A stretch of DNA of 64,000 bases. Origin: Fibrobacterota bacterium. GTDB lineage: Bacteria > Fibrobacterota > Fibrobacteria > UBA11236. The notes under the pieces are model-generated. The model saw only the letters and a program-made list of their open reading frames with translations. It made no database searches and was not told the origin of the DNA. Each line of letters starts with the position of its first letter. Within the stretch, counting starts at the first letter, position 1. A program made the translations under genes and the position numbers. The stretch lies in assembly GCA_043753995.1 (NCBI GenBank), contig JAYUVP010000224.1, forward strand, positions 185 to 64,184, given 5' to 3'. Positions 29,801 to 36,270 of this stretch are shown here, piece by piece.

Positions 29801-30441
29801 GCGGCTATTTCCGTAGCATGACGGCCAATAGTTCCTACAACTATCGCCATGAAAGCAAGTTCGACCTCTTCTCTAAGAATTATGACTCCGACTTAAAATC
29901 CTATAAGTTCGCCCCCTTATTGCGCCTCTCGGGCACCACCAATAAGGATTTGCGCATTGAGAATTCCTTCAATTTCAGCTATGACGACGAGAAGTTGCTG
30001 CAGAAAAACGACGATAGCATGGCGGTTTTCCGGTGGTATGGTCCCGAAGTCAAAATGCGCACCTATCGCGCCACTGACTCGACCATACAGCCCAAGGAGT
30101 CTTGGAATTTCGGCAATGACCTCAGCCTTTCCTACGAAGTCGAAACCCAGAAAGGGCTTCAATTCTGGCGATATTATGTCAAGCTCAAGAACAATCTCCG
30201 CCTGACCTTGACCAATGGCGTGAATTACCTGCTAGTCAAGGAAAAGGTTCCCACCGGTGGCAATCCCCGGTCGGCCGATCAGCTCACCGCCTCGGTCAAG
30301 CCCCAGGCGAGCTACAACTTCACCAACAATATCGACGCCCTCTTTTTCTTCCTCTACCAGTTCAAGAATGACATGAAAACGGCCAAACACACCCAGGTTC
30401 ATGACGTCACCGTGCATGGCGAATTCACCATGCGGTTTTAG
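23878..30441 (+). CDS. Giant secreted beta-rich outer-membrane protein, candidate SprA-like T9SS translocon barrel
   Basis: 2187 aa with signal peptide MNFAARWGWMILASAAYAGIYQ. It shows pervasive alternating hydrophobic/polar beta-strand patterning rich in Y/N/F/T. The final residue is Phe (GEFTMRF), typical of OM beta-barrels. The size matches SprA (~2400 aa). Other proteins in the window carry T9SS-CTD-like tails. Confidence 0.45.
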   Translation: MNFAARWGWMILASAAYAGIYQESTPYFKVPEAARPLDGLLPPKGLEGRAAVLQVNSQYLKRDHRVNFDTRQVEIISYVQVPTPSRAGGSAAGKAGGASPVGGDSLPRWSAYYTEVDAYSQDMQSLALRRGWLNSLIGRDEGVESASSSTFIFDLPFRVPDWMKRVGVDKPKLTINGSYKLVVEGSRQSGNGAPYSSDSWFPQLHMDQQPQFSVTGSIGRLISIQINSEEGFSTNLKEQLKISYKGEGDELEDDIIQEIEAGNTSLALTGTQLTGYTENHKGIFGLKMRMRFGPVEATVIASQEGGAQEKQSLGSGREVKEFPVEDKAMELHKHFWIKLQDREDYRDPAQWVGTTSAYLKGGQGRRPLYVYQLLSGNDDVSIRDTAEACAHDVKGVRQAEVCEYGRWKQLKENTDYFYDENLRMLTVPSGSADMTLGLRWQRDFIDPSGVLTLDKNKLILIHSRTKRDHPLLVDLMWRNVYFIGTVKKEDRDIFRVRVVDNNGNERGPESKDTITYARQLGLEKSDQRNKIDYDNQLLFNFDQHYMVLPCLTNGISGGDPANCLEPMKRVNKETEIYSQQLDEIPNGPTTAKFLVTSRERKSTFDVRENSQTVNGQQCFDITPGTETVTMNKSTKLEKDKDYEVLYETGQITLISARARDPSAEVEVSYECTPAFQIQDKILLGTRLEWKLDEISEQSLLGATLLYKSQSTTAERPEIGREPFKQFLWGFNARLAGTPKWMTKAVNQIPLVKTDAVSKANFEFEIAQSRYNPNTKGSAYLDNFENSQSSFSLPLTINSWSKASPPDLDDAGRLNPDLDYRHQGKLVWHSSSKEVYGSIYGRTGHSFTDSRSQTLLSLKFTPNDNLAGRSWAGVMRGFSSGFNNQSKKRILDVVVFGQKGAFNIDLGEISEDISIPSLNQAKPNGTLQSEVHVEKGETANKDDAGIDELKGEAEGVLWECKPECFTRRLDTNSNTSNFNTDPGLDNWKEPKGGATDLTAAVNGTENNDGPYGGQRFDTEDIDRSGSLETKNRFIRFHMALDSACSEENYCERLPGNGWRRYQIPLYGGGVKIDPGNTTTESGILSNVRVMRVWTGNLPPRVSQSDIRIARLSLVGNSWEGGDQNLDYQVDAERYTSGDLAGISDTLSVRIPTEEADNNRLKIDVINKQETPNYQQSPNTPNERNTTTDEPLPERSLVLRYENLHPGESVFATRLLGSDPKDLTLYDRLLLDIHPDERFAQNAPGGIGGQNRITIGLRLGRDLGNRDSKDYYEIKMHMDSTATWDPQHRDIWIKNSFSLKLSDITGLKNDGRYRAFQGRAIEHALYHEGRKDSSLTVSVIGNPSLALINWMRFVIYVDSGAGQRQTGNIWVNDMRLEGVDRSTGSAMRSRVQFDFADFITVSGDMNYTNGNFTSMSQTKTTPANSVSKVDYNTAFSLYAGKFFPDAWAVSIPISFTFRGSLDRPFVKPNSDLPLAGTDFREIAGDLFDGRLASVHDRADSTSDVDRAYARVYQSTTFEETFGISYKKDHRSDSWINQTLFERPEIEYKFRGNKQIAYYDENHGRNYATRLRYSLSPYSNRSYKPLGFGDSLKWMPKAVSGFEVTPLPDKLSLTLADVNFNRTFEVRKPRTTFETSLNDSAVYKVDLAHGVDLEWRLLPSLSFGYRMDITRNFDRERECFDGTFFSGEASPTCPEGSLFASNLIFDWDGEDRYPGHTAEGIDTTHLGNQFFILNRERNRNQTFHLDFNPNVISWLTTGFGFNSGYKHTWYDPATQNQGVFGSVRPSHFESSSDHSVKLSSGLNLPNLMTSIGDLGGKGFADLMAGVKRKMDDYRLRTFDVTYNVSHKYNNDAYTYHHLKNSYDYAGLWYADQLGWRYDFSNLSTLFDGEPEAHRSDWLSAPDTLLGQSQFNHQVDRNIDVGTGFTIPVANLDLYGNLKWTKSYVLYRGLQASDTTVIWPEYTVTASLGDFASKLPFIRGYFRSMTANSSYNYRHESKFDLFSKNYDSDLKSYKFAPLLRLSGTTNKDLRIENSFNFSYDDEKLLQKNDDSMAVFRWYGPEVKMRTYRATDSTIQPKESWNFGNDLSLSYEVETQKGLQFWRYYVKLKNNLRLTLTNGVNYLLVKEKVPTGGNPRSADQLTASVKPQASYNFTNNIDALFFFLYQFKNDMKTAKHTQVHDVTVHGEFTMRF

Positions 30442-30631
30442 CCGGGTGCCGAAAGTAGGGGGAAACATGCAGGGTGGGGCAGGGTTGGTTACCTTTATTG
30501 AGCTATTTGGCGCCGTTTTCGCTGAAAACGGTACCATGAAGTATTTCCCGAGGCCAAAGCTGCCCTGGAGTCCTCCGCGATTTTCTTCGCGGAAAAGCCT
30601 AGGACTTGGCCCCGTACTCACCTGATTTCGA

Positions 30632-32236
30632 TTGGAACCCGACATGGGACATCCTCAACGCCCCGCGCCGCCGAAAACAAAGCGCGAGATTCTCCTCAAT
30701 GTTCGCCCCTATGAAAAGCGCATCGCTATTCTCGAAGACGGACGCCTCAGTGAAATATTTTACGAGCGCCCTGAAAGTACGCGCCTGGTTGGTAATGTCT
30801 ATAAAGGCGTGGTGAATGCGGTTTTGCCCGGTTTGCAAGCGGCCTTCGTGGATATCGGCTTGGAAAAAGCCGGCTTTTTGCATGTCGAAGACGTCATTGG
30901 CCGTCCTGCCCTTGAAGATGATGAAGATGACGGAGAGGACGACGAGGACGAAGGCGGGCATCGCGGTCGCGAACGCGGACACCGCGAAGACGATTCCCAT
31001 AAAACCATCGATCAATTGCTCAAGGTCGGCCAGGAAATTCTGGTGCAAGTCACCAAGGAGCCGATTTCCACCAAGGGTCCGCGCCTGACATCCCACCTCA
31101 GCTTTGCTGGCCGTTTCCTGGTCTGCATGCCGGGCACAAGCTTTATCGGTGTCAGCAAAAAGCTGCGCGATCCCCAGGCGCGCCGCCGCCTCAAGCGCCT
31201 CATTCGTGATTTGAAATCCCCCGATGTGGGCTATATCGTCCGCACCAATGGCCTCAGCGAAAGCGAAGCCGAATTTGGCAAGCAAATGGCCTTGCTGCAA
31301 ACCAAATGGGATTCGTGCAAAGACCAAAGCTCCAAGGTCCAGGCTCCAGGACTCGTGCACGCCGAAAGCGATAGCTCTGAAACCACCTTGCGTGACTATT
31401 TCCACGATGATGTCGACTCGGTATGGGTGGATGATCGCGACGAACACAAGACTATTTCCAATTATCTCGGCGTGCTCTCGGCCGACCAGGTCGGCAAGGT
31501 CAAGCTTTATACCGGCGAGCTGTCTCTATTCGATCATTTCGGCATCGAAGAAGAGCTCGAAAAAACCTTCATGCGCCGAGTCGCCCTGAAGCGCGGCGGT
31601 TACCTCGTCATCGATCGCGCCGAAGCCCTCACGGCCATCGACGTCAATACCGGCGGTAAAGTACGCGGTCGCGATCAAGGCAAGAATATTCTGGAAACCA
31701 ATCTCGACGCGGCTTGGGAAGTGGCCAAGCAAATGCGCCTGCGTGATTTGGGCGGCCTCATCGTCATCGACTTCATCGACATGGAGGAAGAGGACGCCAA
31801 GGAGCAGGTGGTCAAGGAATTCAAAAAGGCCATACGCCAGGACAAGTCGCCGATTTCCTTCAGCGCCATTTCGCAATTCGGCCTCATGGAAGTCACCCGT
31901 AAGCGCGTACGCCCCGACGCGGTGCAAGAGCAGAGCAATGCCTGCCCCATTTGCAAAGGCGCCGGCTATGTTCCCAGCAAGGAAAGCGTCATCGGCCATG
32001 TCGATCGCTGGCTACGCCGCTTCCGCGCCAAGAAAGGCGACGATCAACTCACCCTTGTATTGCATCCCGAGATGATCGTTCACGTCCTCGAACATCGCGC
32101 CGCGATTTTCAAGTACTGGGAACTCACGCACAAATGCCGCATTCAGCTCGTCGAAGACGAGGACGCGAATTTTTCCGAGTACCGAATTTTCAATCGCCAA
32201 GGCGACGACATCACCGCGAGCAATACGCTTACGTAG
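30632..32236 (+). CDS. rng: Ribonuclease E/G family endoribonuclease
   Basis: S1 domain (LVGNVYKGVVNAVLPGLQAAFVDIGLEKAGFLH), RNase E/G catalytic core (DFIDMEEEDAKE, FGLMEVTRKR) and a Zn-link Cys pair (CPICKGAGY). Acidic insert EDDEDDGEDDEDEGGHRGRERGHREDD. Confidence 0.8.
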   Translation: MEPDMGHPQRPAPPKTKREILLNVRPYEKRIAILEDGRLSEIFYERPESTRLVGNVYKGVVNAVLPGLQAAFVDIGLEKAGFLHVEDVIGRPALEDDEDDGEDDEDEGGHRGRERGHREDDSHKTIDQLLKVGQEILVQVTKEPISTKGPRLTSHLSFAGRFLVCMPGTSFIGVSKKLRDPQARRRLKRLIRDLKSPDVGYIVRTNGLSESEAEFGKQMALLQTKWDSCKDQSSKVQAPGLVHAESDSSETTLRDYFHDDVDSVWVDDRDEHKTISNYLGVLSADQVGKVKLYTGELSLFDHFGIEEELEKTFMRRVALKRGGYLVIDRAEALTAIDVNTGGKVRGRDQGKNILETNLDAAWEVAKQMRLRDLGGLIVIDFIDMEEEDAKEQVVKEFKKAIRQDKSPISFSAISQFGLMEVTRKRVRPDAVQEQSNACPICKGAGYVPSKESVIGHVDRWLRRFRAKKGDDQLTLVLHPEMIVHVLEHRAAIFKYWELTHKCRIQLVEDEDANFSEYRIFNRQGDDITASNTLT

Positions 32237-32242
32237 ACCGAA

Positions 32243-32440
32243 GGGGAGAAGTCTCTCCCTCGGCCAAGCCTCCTCGTCTCTGGGCGGGGCGGCTGATGTT
32301 CGGCCATGAAAAAAGGGCTCGCGGGTCCTCGGCCCGCAGGGAAATGCTGCCAGGCTATCGGCCTGCGGAGCGACCCCTTTTTTCAGGCGCTCACCGCCGC
32401 CCCTCCGCAATGCTGCGGAGACTCTGCGCGTGGGAGAGGC
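32243..32440. repeat. Palindromic MITE/REP-like element copy D
   Basis: ...CTCCCTCGGCCAAGCCTCCTCG...GGGGCGGCTGATGTTCGGCCATGAAAAAAGGGCTCGCGGGTCCTCGGCCCGCAGGGAAATGCTGCC...GCGGAGCGACCCCTTTTTTCAGGCGCTCACCGCCGCCCCTCCGCA. Located immediately after the rng stop. Confidence 0.8.
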
Positions 32441-32674
32441 TTCGCCTCCTCGGCTACGGAGCTCGCCGCGCCAGGTAGCCTTTCCCTGGAGAGTCCGTGA
32501 CTCCGGGGTCTTGTCCTGCCCTCTCGTACGGGGGGCGGCCCCCGTAACGCCCCCCGCCCGCCCATTACGCGCTAAAACTTGTAAACGGGTTTCTCGTTTA
32601 GAATTTCCAGAGCTTCGCCGGAGGAGTTAAACCAAATCCTGACCTGCAGCAACCTCTCGCATGGCTTCGCGCAA

Positions 32675-32860
32675 ATGCATTGCGTTACCTGCCACAAACG
32701 CCATCTCGTGGCCTTCAGTTGCAAAGGCCGCGGCTTTTGGCCAAGCTGCATGGGGCGATGCATGAACGAAGGCGCAGCGAACCTGGTCGACCCTGTCCTG
32801 CCCGAGATGGTTCCCATACGGCAATGGGTTCTTACACTGCCATATCCCCCTGCGTTACCC
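32675..32860 (+). pseudogene. IS91-family transposase 5' remnant (Zn-binding N-terminal region only)
   Basis: The translation CVTCHKRHLVAFSCKGRGFWPSCMGRCMNEGAANLVDPVLPEMVPIRQWVLTLPYP matches the IS91/ISCR transposase N-terminal Zn-finger + 'RQWVL(S/T)LP' region. It diverges immediately afterwards and no full ORF follows. Confidence 0.45.
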
Positions 32861-33062
32861 CGTGGACGCGGCGTCACCTATGGCCGTCCGCTGAGGTTTT
32901 GCGCGACTTGGACAAGGCTACCGTCTCCAAGCAGGAAACGACAAAATTGGCAGCGTCAGCTAAGGGCTGCTTCTTCCTGTCGCCAAAAGGAAAAACGAAA
33001 AAGGACCCGGCAAATCGCCAGGCCCTTTTTGCGTTAGGGTAAGAGAACTCAGAGGTGGATGA

Positions 33063-33452
33063 TCAGGGATCGACTCGAATAGCGAGAATTCTGTATGCGC
33101 CGCCGGTATAGCCGTTCTCGGTGACTCGTCCGCACAAGGCCAAATTCCAGTTGTCATTGGTGTAAAGGACAATGGTCCGGCCATTGGTCACCGCGTCCTG
33201 AATGGTTTTAAGCCAATGATTCGCGGATTCCGAACCATCCAAAAGAAACCCCGCATTGGAGTTCGCGAGCGTGGAGGATTGGACTATGGCGACTGGATAT
33301 CCGTTCGGATTTTCGCAAAGTCCGTCGATATGGGTCGAAATCGTGAATGAACCTGCGGCCAAATTGTAATACGCAGCCTGACTTGTTCCTGCGCACAAGG
33401 CAATCATCAAAGCCATTGCGGCCAAGCTTCTGTTGACAATGCTGTTTTTCAT
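33063..33452 (-). CDS. Small secreted two-cysteine protein (103-aa mature), possible OB-fold lectin / AB5 B-subunit-like
   Basis: Signal peptide MKNSIVNRSLAAMALMIALCAGTSQA, then a 103-aa mature chain with Cys20 and Cys81. The C-terminal segment RTIVLYTNDNWNLALCGRV...YRILAI loosely resembles CtxB/LT-B 'LRIAYLTEAKVEKLCVW...HAIAAI'. Located downstream of the CBM protein. Confidence 0.45.
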   Translation of the reverse strand: MKNSIVNRSLAAMALMIALCAGTSQAAYYNLAAGSFTISTHIDGLCENPNGYPVAIVQSSTLANSNAGFLLDGSESANHWLKTIQDAVTNGRTIVLYTNDNWNLALCGRVTENGYTGGAYRILAIRVDP

Positions 33453-33518
33453 ACTCTTCTTTCCTTTTAAAAAGGGGTGTATTGAATTTCGGTTAAGGTT
33501 TCTGTTTAGTGCGACGGG

Positions 33519-35108
33519 TTACAATTTCTGTTGTGAAAAGACGACCGTCATTCTGCATTTGGTGAATTGGTACGTCGTCGAGGACAAAGTGGTTCGCGGC
33601 GAAACGATGAGCCGCACCGTGTTGGCGCCGGCCGCGACCTGGAAGCCCCTTGTTTCGCTGACGTATTGCGCGCCGCCGTTCCGATTCAACTTTTCACCAA
33701 ACCCAGACAGACTTCCACCGGACGTGGAATTGAGGGTGATGAAGCTTTCCAAACCGCGTTGCTCATGGGTATAGGCGTTATTCGTGCCATACAGTCCAGT
33801 CACCGTGACCGTGATATGCCCCGCGCCAGGAGCGGTGAAAGGCAAGGAGAGGACGATCGAGTTGGCGTCGGTTACATAGACGGGATTGCTGATTTCGGCA
33901 TAGGTCACTGCCGTGACCGATCCCGTGTTGGTTGCGGTGAAATTGGCCCGTAGAGTCGCATTGCCCGTCAAGGAAACCGTGGTGCTGGCCGACGTGGACG
34001 ACGCAATCGTCGGGGTTCCGCTGGTCACCGTCCAGTTCTGGAATTGGTAACCGGAAGCTGGCGTGGCGGTGATGGGAGTCGCCGCGCCGGCATTCACCGT
34101 CAGCGAACCTGTCGGCGAGGTGGTGCCATTCCCGCCATTGGTCATGGTGAGAGTGTAAGTCACGGCGACGGGAGAAAAATTCGCCTGAATCGTCGCATTG
34201 TTCGTCGATAAGTTGACCGTAGTATTGGCCGAGCTCGGATTCGCGATGATGGCCGTTCCGCCTATCACGGTCCAGTTCAAAAACACGTAACCTGAATTCG
34301 GTGCTGCCGCAATATTGGTTAACGCTCCATGATTCACCGTAATCGGAGATGTCGCCGGGGCCGTTCTCGTTCCACCGACTCCTGCCACGACGGACAGTTG
34401 ATAGGTTTTCACTGCGAAATTGGCCGTGACGGTGGCATTACCCGAATTGAGGGTCACCGTCGTCGAGGCAGACGTGGGGTTGGCGATGGTCGCCGTGCCG
34501 CTTGTCACCGTCCAGTTCACGAAATTATGACTCGCCAATGGCGCGGCCGTAATCGTGGTGGCGGCACCTTGATTGACGGTAATCGTGGAAGTCGCAGGTG
34601 CAACTATGGTGCCACCCGTCGACCCTAAGACCGTTAAGGAATAGGTGGTCGTGGCCACATTCACCACGATATTGTCCAGGTTAATGCAGGCGCTATTCGA
34701 CGTTTCGGCCTTTAAACCGATGGTGTTATTGCCCGCATTCAAGGTGACAGCTTCGCTTTTGGTGGACCAAGTGTCCCAATTGGCCGTGCCCGTGAAGCTG
34801 ATATTCCTGAGCTTGGTGCCATTAACATAGAGGCCGGTATTGCTGCTTGCACCATTCCCGGCAGAATAGCGAACCGTGATGGTCGCGCCTCCAGCCGAAG
34901 GCGCCGAAACATTGAAGACCGTTTGAGTCGTCGTGCTGTTGAAATACCCGTCGACAAAACCTGTTCCCGTATACCCAACATGGTTGGTATTGACATTGGC
35001 TCCCCCAGACCTCGTCGCGTTTTCGGCTTCGTATTGGGTTTGGGCCATCGCCCAATTCGGAAGAACAAGGCAAATCGCGGTTGCCAATGTCCCTAAAAGA
35101 CCTCTCAT
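33519..35108 (-). CDS. Secreted CBM6/CBM35-like carbohydrate-binding module protein with about five InlB-B-repeat-like Ig domains
   Basis: Start at 35108 (MRGLLGTL), preceded by a strong AAAGGAG RBS, with signal peptide cleavage after AMA. N-terminal QYEAENATRSGGANVNTNHVGYTGTGFVDGY...TANWDTWSTK...ACINLDNIVV is a CBM6/35-type module. About 55-aa repeats follow: Y.L.V...GGT...PAT..ITVN.GA.T.I.A.P.SGY.F.NWTV..GTA.IANP.SA.TTV.L...NAT..ANF. Confidence 0.65.
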   Translation of the reverse strand: MRGLLGTLATAICLVLPNWAMAQTQYEAENATRSGGANVNTNHVGYTGTGFVDGYFNSTTTQTVFNVSAPSAGGATITVRYSAGNGASSNTGLYVNGTKLRNISFTGTANWDTWSTKSEAVTLNAGNNTIGLKAETSNSACINLDNIVVNVATTTYSLTVLGSTGGTIVAPATSTITVNQGAATTITAAPLASHNFVNWTVTSGTATIANPTSASTTVTLNSGNATVTANFAVKTYQLSVVAGVGGTRTAPATSPITVNHGALTNIAAAPNSGYVFLNWTVIGGTAIIANPSSANTTVNLSTNNATIQANFSPVAVTYTLTMTNGGNGTTSPTGSLTVNAGAATPITATPASGYQFQNWTVTSGTPTIASSTSASTTVSLTGNATLRANFTATNTGSVTAVTYAEISNPVYVTDANSIVLSLPFTAPGAGHITVTVTGLYGTNNAYTHEQRGLESFITLNSTSGGSLSGFGEKLNRNGGAQYVSETRGFQVAAGANTVRLIVSPRTTLSSTTYQFTKCRMTVVFSQQKL

Positions 35109-35323
35109 TTCGTCTCCTTTCGCTTTTCGTTCCAAAGAACTGAAACCTTTGCTTCAATCCCGGCTTTTGAGCCTTCTCATTGATTTAGACCCTACAGAGG
35201 ATCGATTTGTCTCATGATTTTTTTAAAAGAGGACGAATGGGATTGGGGAAGGCGAGGCCGACAGGGGCTGAGCATAGCGGCCAGGCGAGAAACGGGCCGA
35301 GCCGGGGGGCGGCCCTGAACCAA

Positions 35324-35412
35324 GGCGCAGCAAACCTGGTCGACCCTGTCCTGCCCGAGAAGGTTCCCATACGGCAATGGGTTCTTACACTGCCGTATCC
35401 CCTACGTTACCC
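35324..35412 (+). repeat. Second ~90-bp copy of the IS91-transposase-derived direct repeat
   Basis: AGGCGCAGCAAACCTGGTCGACCCTGTCCTGCCCGAGAAGGTTCCCATACGGCAATGGGTTCTTACACTGCCGTATCCCCTACGTTACCC. It is about 93% identical to 32771-32860 and translates to GAANLVDPVLPEKVPIRQWVLTLPYPLRYP. Confidence 0.7.
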
Positions 35413-35736
35413 AGTGGGCATGGCGTCATCACATTCGTCGCCGCACCCGGCGATGATGAAGTGAACGCAATCTTGGGCGAAGTCTTCGGCGAATCCGACC
35501 CCGCCCACTTGGCCTTGCACCCGAAACGCTCATCTCACGCATGGCGGCCAATGTTCCTCCCCCCAAGCGTGATGTGACGGTTTACTCCGGAGTGCTGGCT
35601 TTGAATAGTCGGTGGCGTAGGCGCAGGTGAGAACGCGGACTGGCCGGAGTATCCGGATTGATTTACCTAGGTCCTTGCCCAGCAGCGATGCCGATTTGAT
35701 TCGGAAGCCGGTGAAAATTGGGATACCCATCTGTTT

Positions 35737-36114
35737 ATGTCGCTACATACCCTGAAAATAAGCCAAAGCCTTCCCACCTCTCTGGAGACGGCTTGGGACT
35801 TTATCTCCTCTCCCCGCAATTTGAAAAAAAGCACCTCGCCCGCTATGGGGTTTGACATCGTCTCTCCCGATTTGCCCGAAATCATGTATCCTGGGCTGCT
35901 CATCGCCTATAACGTGAAACCTTTGCTGGGCATTTCGATGCGCTGGGTCAGCGAAATCTCTCACATCGAAACCATGCGCTATTTCATCGACGAGCAGCGA
36001 GTGGGACCGTATCGGTTTTGGCATCACGAACATCACTTAGAAGCCCGCGACGGCGGAGTCGCCATGAACGATATCATTCATTATGAAGCGCCCTGGGGGA
36101 TTCTGGGCGGCTGA
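35737..36114 (+). CDS. SRPBCC (START/Bet v1-like) family protein, apparently C-terminally truncated by repeat insertion
   Basis: 125 aa (WDFISSPRNL...RWVSEISHIE...FWHHEHHLEAR). The last codons and the TGA stop (GGCGGCTGA) lie inside the 5' edge of repeat copy E. Confidence 0.5.
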   Translation: MSLHTLKISQSLPTSLETAWDFISSPRNLKKSTSPAMGFDIVSPDLPEIMYPGLLIAYNVKPLLGISMRWVSEISHIETMRYFIDEQRVGPYRFWHHEHHLEARDGGVAMNDIIHYEAPWGILGG

Positions 36115-36255
36115 TGTTCGACCATGAAAAAAGGCTCGCGGTCCTCGGCCCCCAGGGCAATGCTTCGAAGCGATCGGCCTGCGGAGCGACCCCTTTTTTC
36201 AGGCGCTCGCCGCCGCCCCTGGCTACTGCTGCGGAGACTCGACGCGCGGGCCGAG
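36105..36255. repeat. Palindromic MITE/REP-like element copy E (left-truncated)
   Basis: GGGCGGCTGATGTTCGACCATGAAAAAAGGCTCGCGGTCCTCGGCCCCCAGGGCAATGCTTCGAAGCGATCGGCCTGCGGAGCGACCCCTTTTTTCAGGCGCTCGCCGCCGCCCCTGG... Confidence 0.8.
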
Positions 36256-36270
36256 GCTTCGCCTCTTCCG

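Noticed and set aside
24095-30205. Numerous 60-210-aa ORFs on both strands inside 23878-30441
   Set aside because: They are nested within the continuous 2187-aa ORF, which has a strong signal peptide and a consistent beta-strand pattern. They are typical spurious frames in GC-rich DNA.
32430-32675. Extremely GC-rich stretch after repeat copy D (GGGGGGCGGCCCCCGTAACGCCCCCCGCCCGCCC) considered as a possible structured RNA/riboswitch
   Set aside because: No recognisable conserved riboswitch architecture. It is probably a degenerate continuation of the repeat element or transposase-remnant flank.
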